12,072 nucleotides of DNA from Planctomycetota bacterium (GTDB lineage: Bacteria > Planctomycetota > SZUA-567): assembly GCA_031254915.1 (NCBI GenBank), contig JAIRTL010000009.1:1-12072 (forward strand). The letters run 5' to 3'. Position 1 is the first letter of the stretch, and each line of letters starts with the position of its first letter. Below are positions 6,097 through 12,072 of the stretch, piece by piece. The notes under the pieces were generated by a model. It made no database searches, was not told the DNA's origin, and saw only the letters and a program-made list of their open reading frames with translations. A program made the position numbers and the translations under genes.

Positions 6097-6420
6097 ATGC
6101 AACTTATGGCGTTTTACGAACACGTGGAGAAGCACCCGGAACTGGAAGGCTTGGGGATCGAGTCCGGTTGTGTCGACAAGAGCGCGGGGGTGATTGTCAA
6201 AAATACCCAAAACAATCTCATGACCCGTCTGCCGGTCGCGGCGATCGAAGCGGCTGACTGGGATGTGATCGAGGATGTGCTCCTTGGCAAACGCGAACCG
6301 CAAGTGTTGCAGCACATGACCCGTGTCGTCGGTTACTTCAGCCGGGTCGAAAACTGGAACAAGTCCAAGGTCGGCGAACTCAGGGACCGCCACAAAGGCG
6401 ATTACTCCGTCGCCGGCTAG
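6097..6420 (+). CDS. Stand-alone glycyl-radical-domain protein homologous to the C-terminus of anaerobic (class III) ribonucleotide reductase NrdD. Possible spare-part or autonomous glycyl radical cofactor analogous to GrcA/YfiD.
   Basis: The 107-aa ORF has an SD AAAGGGA 7-13 nt upstream. The C-terminal motif TRVVGYFSRVENWNKSKVGELRDRHKG matches the NrdD glycyl-radical signature (T-R-V/I-C/V-G-Y ... N-x-G/S-K ... E ... D-R). The same RVxGY motif is shared with PFL and GrcA. There is no catalytic barrel or Zn-ribbon Cys cluster, so it is not a full NrdD. Confidence 0.65.
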   Translation: MQLMAFYEHVEKHPELEGLGIESGCVDKSAGVIVKNTQNNLMTRLPVAAIEAADWDVIEDVLLGKREPQVLQHMTRVVGYFSRVENWNKSKVGELRDRHKGDYSVAG

Positions 6421-6574
6421 TGGATAGCCGAGATCGAGAACGAGGTTCTGGGCGTTTTGCGAAGTTGAATGGACGTCCCATTGCGCATTTCGGCTTGTCC
6501 CATCGCATTCCAAAACGCCAGGTCTTTCGCAATAATCGGGCAACATACCCAAAACGCGGCATCCCCCCGACCTC

Positions 6575-6604
6575 GCGGTCGCCCCACTCCCCCGGGGCGA
6601 CCGC
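6575..6604. terminator. GC hairpin GCGGTCGCCCC-actccccc-GGGGCGACCGC (11-bp perfect stem) in the 315-bp gap between convergent genes. Candidate bidirectional, U-tract-less terminator or other structured RNA.
   Basis: Inverted repeat verified base by base. It lies 155 nt downstream of the plus-strand ORF ending at 6420 and about 130 nt downstream of the minus-strand regulator stop at 6736. No flanking U-run on either strand. Confidence 0.3.
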
Positions 6605-6735
6605 TCCATTTCGCCCCATATATGACTGCCGCAATGCGGGCAATCGCCCGATATGCCTGGCTGGCGGGGAGTCTTTTTTGAAAAAGGGCTTCCCTCCGGC
6701 GCGCTTTCGGAGATGTCCAGGGGGAAGCGGGGCGA

Positions 6736-8994
6736 TCAGCCGCCAATGAGGCGTTCGAGTTGGATTCTTGCGTTACGGAGCGCTTCGGCGGGCGTTTCTT
6801 TTCCCGAGACGGCGGCGTAGACCGCGCCGCCGAGGATGTTTTCGAACACCCGTTCCTCCACTTTTCCCCCGGTCGTGACTTTCGAGATGTTTCGTTCCCG
6901 GCTTTTGGCGAAGCTTTCCACCGATTTCGGCAGCCACGGATACAGGGCGCAGAGTTCGGAGTTGTGATAGACCTTGTTCGCGGGCGGCGCGCCGCCGAGT
7001 ATGGCGAGCGGGATCACGAGGTCTTGGTCGCAGGTCCAGCCGATGAAATCGAGCGCCGAATCGCGCGACCGGCTTTCGCGGTTGACCCCTAAGGTCCAGC
7101 CGCCAAGCATCGGCTTGCCGCCGGGGATGATGTCGTACCCGATGCGCCCGACCACCTTCGAGACGCGCCGGTCGGCGAGCGACGACACGTGCGCGAGGAA
7201 GAGGATCATCATCGCGGCCTGGCCGTCGCCGAAAAGCGCGGCCTGTTCATCCCACCAGAAGTCCTTCGAACCGGGCGGCGCGTAGCGGTAGCTTTCGGCG
7301 TAATTGGCGAGCGCGGCTTCCGCCTCGCGGCTGGCGAGGGAGTCGAGCATGTTTCCAGCCCCGAACGCGCCTTCGTGGAACGAGAGGAAGCGGGGCAGGA
7401 ATTCGCACACCGCGCCGTTCGGGTATTGTCCGCCCAGGGTGGTTCCGTATTCGGTCGGCGAATCGGGATTGAGCGATCTGGTGAAAAACGCCGCGATCTG
7501 ATTGAATTCGTGCCAGTTCCTGGGTGCGCGCAGTTCGTAACGGTAGCGCTTCCGGAAAGCGAACTTGAGGTGCGGGTCGTCGAACAGGTCCTTCCGGTAG
7601 AAAAGAATCTGCGCGCCGAAGAGGAACGGCACGGTATAGCATTTCCCCCCGTGCCGGCAATAGGCGTCGAGCACGCCGGGCAGCCAGGCCGAGGCGAGGC
7701 CGGGGCGGCTGTCGAGCCAGGCGTCAAGCTGGTGGAGAAGGCCGTCCTCGGCGGCTTCTCCGAGCCAGGGCTGGTCGACCTGGAAAATATCGTATTGGGA
7801 GCGCCGGGCCGGATCGCGCAGCAGTTCGCCGATCTCCACGACCGAGCGCTTGTCGATCTCCACCCTGACGCCGGAATTCTTCTGGAACGCGGGAAGCAGC
7901 GCCTCCACGGCCGAGCAGGCGCCGCCGGCGAGCATGAGCGCGCGCAGCACCCTGCCCCGTCCGCGCAGCCTTACCGATTTCCCGATCGTCGGGCCCTGGT
8001 CGGCGTCGAAGCGGGCGTTGTCGACGATCCGCCGCCTGTTCTTCGCGTCGTCGCTCCCGGAAAGCATGCCCAGAAGCAGCGCGGCCGCGCTTTCGCCAAG
8101 CTCCATGGCGTCGCGGCGCAACACCCTCGCCCCCACCGGCGACGCCGGCGCCCAGGATTCGATGCCTAGGCACACAAAGGCGGGCCCGTTGTCGAGTTCG
8201 AGCATCTTCACCGCCTGCCGCGCTCCGGCGAGGAGCTGGCTGGAGGTGGTGATGATTACGTCCGGCGGCGGCGCGACGCCGAGCCTGGAGACAAGTGCGC
8301 TAAAGGCGCTTTCCTTGTTGAAGTTCGTTTCGACCACCAGCCAGTCCCTCGGCGTCCCGCCAAAACGGTCGCCAAGGCCGTCGAGAAAACCGGCGGCATA
8401 GCCGGCTTCGCTCGAATTCTCGCGCGGTCCGGCGAGAAGCAGGGGATTGCGGCAGCCCTCAGCCAGCAATTGGCGCACAAGGTCGCGCATATGCTTTTCG
8501 CCGTCGAAGCCGACGAACGGGAAGACGCGGCGATGCGGCTCGCGCTCGACGAAAACAAACGGCGTGCCGTTGTCGTAGACGCTCTGGAACATCGAGGCGG
8601 AATCGGGCTGGCAGGTGACGATGACGATGCCTTCGGCGTTCTGCTTCACGAACTGCCCTATCGCGCGCTGCTCGCGCGCCTGAATCTCCGAAGTGGTGCA
8701 GAGCTGGACGACATAGCCGTTTTCGCTCAATACCTGGTTGACGCCGGCGTAAATGCCGGCGAACGTGGCGTCCTGAACCGACGGCAATACGACGCCGATG
8801 CACCTGGTCTTTCTCGCCTTGCCGCCGGAACGGGCGGGAAAATGCGCGCGGTAGCCGGTCTTGCGAATCGCCGCCTGAACGCGTTGGACCATGGACAAGC
8901 TGACCCGGCGATCGCCCTTGAGAACATTCGAGACCGTGCCGACAGATACGCCGGCCGCCTCCGCAACGTCCTTCATCGTCGCCTGAAGCGCCAT
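6736..8994 (-). CDS. Fusion transcriptional regulator: LacI-family HTH + LacI-type (PBP type I) sugar-binding domain + a complete family-1 extracellular solute-binding-protein (MalE-like, PBP type II) domain.
   Basis: The long minus-strand ORF is 770 aa from the first in-frame Met at 9048. The likely true start is MALQATMKDV (nt 8994) or MKDVAEAAG (nt 8976), giving about 750 aa. HTH: MKDVAEAAGVSVGTVSNVLKGDRRVSLSMVQRVQAAIRKTGYRAH, a canonical LacI/PurR motif. Residues about 80-340 have the LacI ligand-domain pattern (IGVVLPSVQDATFAGIYAGV...YVVQLCTT...IVIVTC). Residues about 370-770 show SBP_bac_1 features (FQKNSGVRVEID..., YDIFQVDQPWLGE, YTVPFLFGAQILFYRKDLF, WWDEQAALFGDGQAAMMI, GGWTLGVNRES). 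There is no signal peptide, so it is cytoplasmic. The overlapping plus-strand ORFs (e.g. 7189..8169, 8470..9435) are artefacts. Confidence 0.8.
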   Translation of the reverse strand: MALQATMKDVAEAAGVSVGTVSNVLKGDRRVSLSMVQRVQAAIRKTGYRAHFPARSGGKARKTRCIGVVLPSVQDATFAGIYAGVNQVLSENGYVVQLCTTSEIQAREQRAIGQFVKQNAEGIVIVTCQPDSASMFQSVYDNGTPFVFVEREPHRRVFPFVGFDGEKHMRDLVRQLLAEGCRNPLLLAGPRENSSEAGYAAGFLDGLGDRFGGTPRDWLVVETNFNKESAFSALVSRLGVAPPPDVIITTSSQLLAGARQAVKMLELDNGPAFVCLGIESWAPASPVGARVLRRDAMELGESAAALLLGMLSGSDDAKNRRRIVDNARFDADQGPTIGKSVRLRGRGRVLRALMLAGGACSAVEALLPAFQKNSGVRVEIDKRSVVEIGELLRDPARRSQYDIFQVDQPWLGEAAEDGLLHQLDAWLDSRPGLASAWLPGVLDAYCRHGGKCYTVPFLFGAQILFYRKDLFDDPHLKFAFRKRYRYELRAPRNWHEFNQIAAFFTRSLNPDSPTEYGTTLGGQYPNGAVCEFLPRFLSFHEGAFGAGNMLDSLASREAEAALANYAESYRYAPPGSKDFWWDEQAALFGDGQAAMMILFLAHVSSLADRRVSKVVGRIGYDIIPGGKPMLGGWTLGVNRESRSRDSALDFIGWTCDQDLVIPLAILGGAPPANKVYHNSELCALYPWLPKSVESFAKSRERNISKVTTGGKVEERVFENILGGAVYAAVSGKETPAEALRNARIQLERLIGG

Positions 8995-9254
8995 CACTCC
9001 GCCCCCGTCCAAAAATCCGGCCCCGACCCCGGCTCCATGCTTTCGCACCCGCCCTCACCCCGGATCGGCGTTTTCAGCCGGGAGGACGGATGGAGCGATA
9101 CCGCTTCCAGCCAATTAGTGCTTTTTTGCGTCCTTGCAGCTTCCCGCGTTCCACTTCGCGCCATTGTTTTCGAGGGCGTTGGACCAGTCGAGGGAACGGC
9201 AACTTTCGACCGGAAAAGGCATGCGCCCGTTTGTTGTCGCAATCCCCCGCGCTT

Positions 9255-9277
9255 CCCGGGCCGCTGCGCGGCCCGGG
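9255..9277. other. Very stable GC hairpin CCCGGGCCGC-tgc-GCGGCCCGGG (10-bp stem, 3-nt loop) inside the 440-bp spacer between the transporter operon and the regulator gene.
   Basis: Perfect inverted repeat 9255-9264 / 9268-9277, with no adjacent U-tract. A second, longer-range inverted repeat GAGAACGCGG (9334-9343) / CCGCGTTCTC (9396-9405) lies between it and the binding-protein gene stop. Confidence 0.3.
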
Positions 9278-9431
9278 GCGGTTGCGGAGGGGAAATCGCG
9301 TTGTTCGCTCGCTTCCAGCGCACAGTCAATTTGGAGAACGCGGATAACGCCCGCAGGGTACCGCGGGACAATGGGGAAATCGACTATGCCCAAAACCGCG
9401 TTCTCAATCCCGACTATCCACTGGAGCATTT

Positions 9432-10403
9432 TTAGAAGCGCGGCGGGTTCTTGTACATGGCGCTGGTATCCTTGTCCAGGATACGGACGCCGGTGTCGAT
9501 GCCGGCGACGGGTACGTGACCGAAGCCTTCGAACATCGAGGGGATTTCGGTGGGGTGGTGCGCGGCATAGGCGAGCATCATGGCCTGGTAGCCCATGAGG
9601 TAAGGGTTCTGGCCGACGGTGCCCTTGATTTCGCCCTTTTCGATGAGTTCGATGACGGGGAGGCCGAAGTCGAAGGCCATGATCTGGACCTTGCCCTGGA
9701 GGCCGAGGGAGCGGACGGCGGCGGCCGCGCCGGGGCCGGGGTTGCCGTGGGCGCCGAAGATGCCGTTGATTTCCTTGTTGGCCTGGAGCATGGCGGTGAG
9801 CTGCGTTTCCGCCTTGGCGACGTCGCCTTCGTCGTTCACGACCGCGACGATCTGGGCGCCGGGCGCGACTTCCTTGAGGCCGGCCTCAAAGCCGTCCTGG
9901 CGGTTCTTGAGGTGGTCCGGGCCGGGGAAGGTGCAGATGCCGATGCGGGCGTCGTTGCCGAGCCATTCACCCATCGCCTTGCCCGCTTCGTAGCCGGCCT
10001 GGTAGTTGTTGGTGCCGACGAAGCACAGGCGGTTGGAGGCGGGAGCGTCGGAGTCGAAGGTGATGACCGGGATCTTGGCGCGGATGGCGCGGTTGATCGC
10101 CGGGACCAGGGTGTTGGCTTCGCCGGCGGTGACGATGACGCCATCGATCTTCTTGGCGACGAGCTGTTCGATGGCGCGCGCTTCGAGGGTGGCGTCCCAT
10201 TCGGCCGGGCCGTGGAGTTCGGTCTTGACGTGGGGGCCGATCGCCGCGGCGGCGTCGATCATGCCGGCATACGCCCAGTTGAAGAATTCGGAGCCCTTGA
10301 GGAACACGACCATGCCGTAGGTCTCGGTCGGACGCTCTTCGGCGCATGCCGGGGCGGCGAACGCCGCGAGCACGACCAATGCCGCTACCAGAAGTTTCTT
10401 CAT
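9432..10403 (-). CDS. Sugar ABC transporter periplasmic substrate-binding protein (RbsB-like, ribose/xylose/arabinose PBP type I family) with N-terminal signal peptide.
   Basis: The real start is MKKLLVAALVVLAAFAAPACAEE (ATG at 10403), preceded by a perfect AGGAGG 7 nt upstream (plus-strand CCTCCT 10412-10417). The 5' extension of the track ORF to 10949 is Arg-rich junk. The mature domain MVVFLKGSEFFNWAYAGMIDAA...IDGVIVTAGEANTLVPAINRAIRAKIPVITFDSD...GTNNYQAGYEAGKAMGEWL is typical RbsB-type. The AAPAC sequence is not a canonical lipobox, so it is probably SPase I-cleaved. Confidence 0.9.
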   Translation of the reverse strand: MKKLLVAALVVLAAFAAPACAEERPTETYGMVVFLKGSEFFNWAYAGMIDAAAAIGPHVKTELHGPAEWDATLEARAIEQLVAKKIDGVIVTAGEANTLVPAINRAIRAKIPVITFDSDAPASNRLCFVGTNNYQAGYEAGKAMGEWLGNDARIGICTFPGPDHLKNRQDGFEAGLKEVAPGAQIVAVVNDEGDVAKAETQLTAMLQANKEINGIFGAHGNPGPGAAAAVRSLGLQGKVQIMAFDFGLPVIELIEKGEIKGTVGQNPYLMGYQAMMLAYAAHHPTEIPSMFEGFGHVPVAGIDTGVRILDKDTSAMYKNPPRF

Positions 10404-10474
10404 TGCATAATCCTCCTGCATCCATTCACAAGCCGCGCCACACGCGAGGCGAAAAGTATTTCTCCGGTCCGCCG

Positions 10475-11434
10475 TCATTTCCGCCGGCGGTTGAACACGA
10501 ACTCGCCCACGAGCACCGCCAGAAGAAGCATGCCGCCGTTGACGATGTCCTGCCAGTAAGTGGAGATGCCGGTCATGACGAAGGAGCCGTTCACGACGGC
10601 GAGGAAAAGCACGCCCAGAAGCGTCGACAGAATGGTGCCGCTGCCGCCGGAGAGGCTGGCGCCGCCGACGGCGACCGAGGTGATGACCTTCATCTCGGCG
10701 TTCTGCCCGAACGAATTGTTGGCGGCGCCGTATTGCGCGGCGACGATCACGCCGGCGACGCCGGCGAGAAGCGAGCACAGACCGTAGACGAAATAGCGCA
10801 TGCGTTCCACCCGGATGCCGCTCAGGCGGGCGGCGCGCTCGTTGCCGCCGATGAAGTAGACCTGGCGCACGTAGCGGTTGCAGCCGAGGAACACGGCGGC
10901 GAGGACGGCGAGGACGGCGAAGAAATACATGGGGATGGGGATTTCCCATAGGTACCCCTGCCCCATCTCCTGGAAGGGGTCGGGGAAGCCGAACAGGGTG
11001 CGGCCGTCGGTTATGGCCAGGTTGAAGCCTTTGAGGGTGAGCATCATCGCCATGGTGACGATGAACGGATGCACCCTGAGCAGGTTGATCAGTTTGGCGT
11101 TGACGAGCCCGATCGCGATCGAGGCGACGAGGGCGATCGCGACCGCGAGTCCCCAGTGGAGCCCGGCGTTCATGCCCATTGCCGCCGCTATCGCCGCCAT
11201 CGGCAGAACGGCGCTGATCGAAAGGTCGATGCCGCCCGTGATGATGACGAGCGTCATGCCCAGAGACATGATCGCTTCCGGGAGGAAGGACATGAGCGTC
11301 ACCTCGATATTGAACGGCGACAGGAATTCCCCGTAACGCGACGCCATGACGACGATGATGACGGCGTTGGCGAGGATGAGGCCGATGTACTGGAGAGGCA
11401 GACGCTGGAACAGCGATTTGTCAGTTGGCCGCAT
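10475..11434 (-). CDS. Sugar ABC transporter permease (RbsC/AraH-type, BPD_transp_2 family)
   Basis: The 319-aa polytopic membrane protein carries the motif MTLVIITGGIDLSISAV and the family-typical block GGNERAARLSGIRVERMRYFVYGLCSLLAGVAGVI. Its start ATG (11434) overlaps the upstream ATPase stop by 14 nt, indicating translational coupling. Confidence 0.9.
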   Translation of the reverse strand: MRPTDKSLFQRLPLQYIGLILANAVIIVVMASRYGEFLSPFNIEVTLMSFLPEAIMSLGMTLVIITGGIDLSISAVLPMAAIAAAMGMNAGLHWGLAVAIALVASIAIGLVNAKLINLLRVHPFIVTMAMMLTLKGFNLAITDGRTLFGFPDPFQEMGQGYLWEIPIPMYFFAVLAVLAAVFLGCNRYVRQVYFIGGNERAARLSGIRVERMRYFVYGLCSLLAGVAGVIVAAQYGAANNSFGQNAEMKVITSVAVGGASLSGGSGTILSTLLGVLFLAVVNGSFVMTGISTYWQDIVNGGMLLLAVLVGEFVFNRRRK

Positions 11435-12072
11435 AGCGCATCACCTTGGTCTGGGAAAGATTGTCGTTCTGCAAGTCCGCGGACACGCCGCCGTTCCGGA
11501 ACACGAGCACCCGGTCGGAGAGTCCCAACACCTCGGGGAGTTCAGACGAGATGACGATGACGCCGACGCCGCTTTCGGCGAGCTGTCTCAGGTACTGGTG
11601 GATTTTCACTTTCGCGCCGATGTCGACGCCGCGCGTCGGCTCGTCGGCGACGAGGATGGTCGGCTTCGCCGCCAGCCATTTGGCGAGCATCGCCTTTTGC
11701 TGGTTGCCGCCGGACAGGTTGATGATGTTGAGGGTGTCGTTTCGGGGACGAATGTCCAACAACTCGAGGAAATCCTCCGAAACCGCCCTGACCTTGTCGA
11801 AATCGAGGAACTGGAGCTTCGACGAATAGGCGGGCAGGGACGACGAGGCGATGTTCCGCCGCACCGACATGGTGAGGAACAGCCCGAACAGCTTTCTGTC
11901 CTCGGACAGGTAGCACACGCCCTGGCGGATCGCGTCCCCCGGACCGCGAATATCGACTTCGCGGCCCCGCAGGACGATTTTGCCCGAAGACGGCCGTTCG
12001 GCGCCGAAGACGGCGCGCGCCGTTTCCGTCCGGCCGGAGCCGACGAGGCCGGCGAAGCCGAGGATCTCGCCT
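11421..12072 (-). CDS. Sugar ABC transporter ATP-binding protein, RbsA/MglA-like with two NBDs. Only the C-terminal second NBD lies in the window (5' end beyond the window edge).
   Basis: Reading frame is open to the window edge. Second-NBD Walker A: GEILGFAGLVGSGRTE. Signature LSGGNQQK, Walker B ILVADEPTRGVD, then VIVISSELPEVLGLSDRVLVF and a C-terminal ...MRYAAN stop at 11421. The track ORF 11421..11918 is just the Met-initiated tail of this frame. Confidence 0.85.
   Translation of the reverse strand, partial: GEILGFAGLVGSGRTETARAVFGAERPSSGKIVLRGREVDIRGPGDAIRQGVCYLSEDRKLFGLFLTMSVRRNIASSSLPAYSSKLQFLDFDKVRAVSEDFLELLDIRPRNDTLNIINLSGGNQQKAMLAKWLAAKPTILVADEPTRGVDIGAKVKIHQYLRQLAESGVGVIVISSELPEVLGLSDRVLVFRNGGVSADLQNDNLSQTKVMRYAAN

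Noticed and set aside
6097-6420. Calling the small ORF GrcA/YfiD (PFL-type autonomous glycyl radical cofactor)
   Set aside because: The residues after the RVxGY glycine (NWNKSK..E..DR.K) fit the NrdD pattern better than the GrcA/PFL pattern (AVRFNSLT..Q). It is kept as NrdD-type, pending a profile search.
9432-10949. 505-aa version of the binding-protein ORF with a 180-aa Arg-rich N-terminal extension
   Set aside because: The extension (RRPRRPRRRVPR...) is junk translated through the upstream permease gene's 3' end. The genuine start is the internal MKKLLVAAL signal peptide with a perfect AGGAGG SD at 10403.
1-12072. Looked for CRISPR arrays, transposase/integrase genes, terminal inverted repeats, tRNA/rRNA genes and prophage hallmarks
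   Set aside because: No regularly spaced direct repeats. No ORF with DDE/tyrosine-recombinase-like motifs. No tRNA-like cloverleaf candidates noticed. The window looks like ordinary chromosomal backbone apart from the SPFH cassette.

Overview
GC-rich bacterial chromosomal window with a mostly ordinary backbone and one unusual gene cassette. Plus strand: (i) a translationally coupled three-gene cassette in which two paralogous flotillin-like SPFH/band-7 membrane proteins (527 aa and 622 aa) flank a small Kdo/LPS-kinase-like protein-kinase-fold protein of 239 aa (gaps of +1 nt and -4 nt, ATGA overlap). Both SPFH proteins have a tandemly repeated N-terminal module before the SPFH core. This is the most unusual feature and the main candidate for an undescribed system. 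(ii) tag, DNA-3-methyladenine glycosylase I. (iii) rsmI, 16S rRNA C1402 2'-O-methyltransferase. (iv) A 26-bp perfect AT-core palindrome (NrdR-box-like operator overlapping a sigma70-like promoter), directly followed by a stand-alone 107-aa protein that carries the C-terminal glycyl-radical motif of class III (anaerobic) ribonucleotide reductase NrdD. Minus strand, converging on these genes: an rbs-like sugar ABC transporter operon (ATPase, partial at the window edge; permease; periplasmic binding protein), then, after a hairpin-rich 440-bp spacer, an unusual fusion regulator (LacI HTH + LacI-type sugar-binding domain + a complete family-1 ABC solute-binding-protein domain, about 750 aa). No CRISPR array, transposase, integrase or tRNA/rRNA genes were seen. 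The long antisense and alternate-frame ORFs in the track are Arg/Pro/Gly-rich artefacts of the high GC content.
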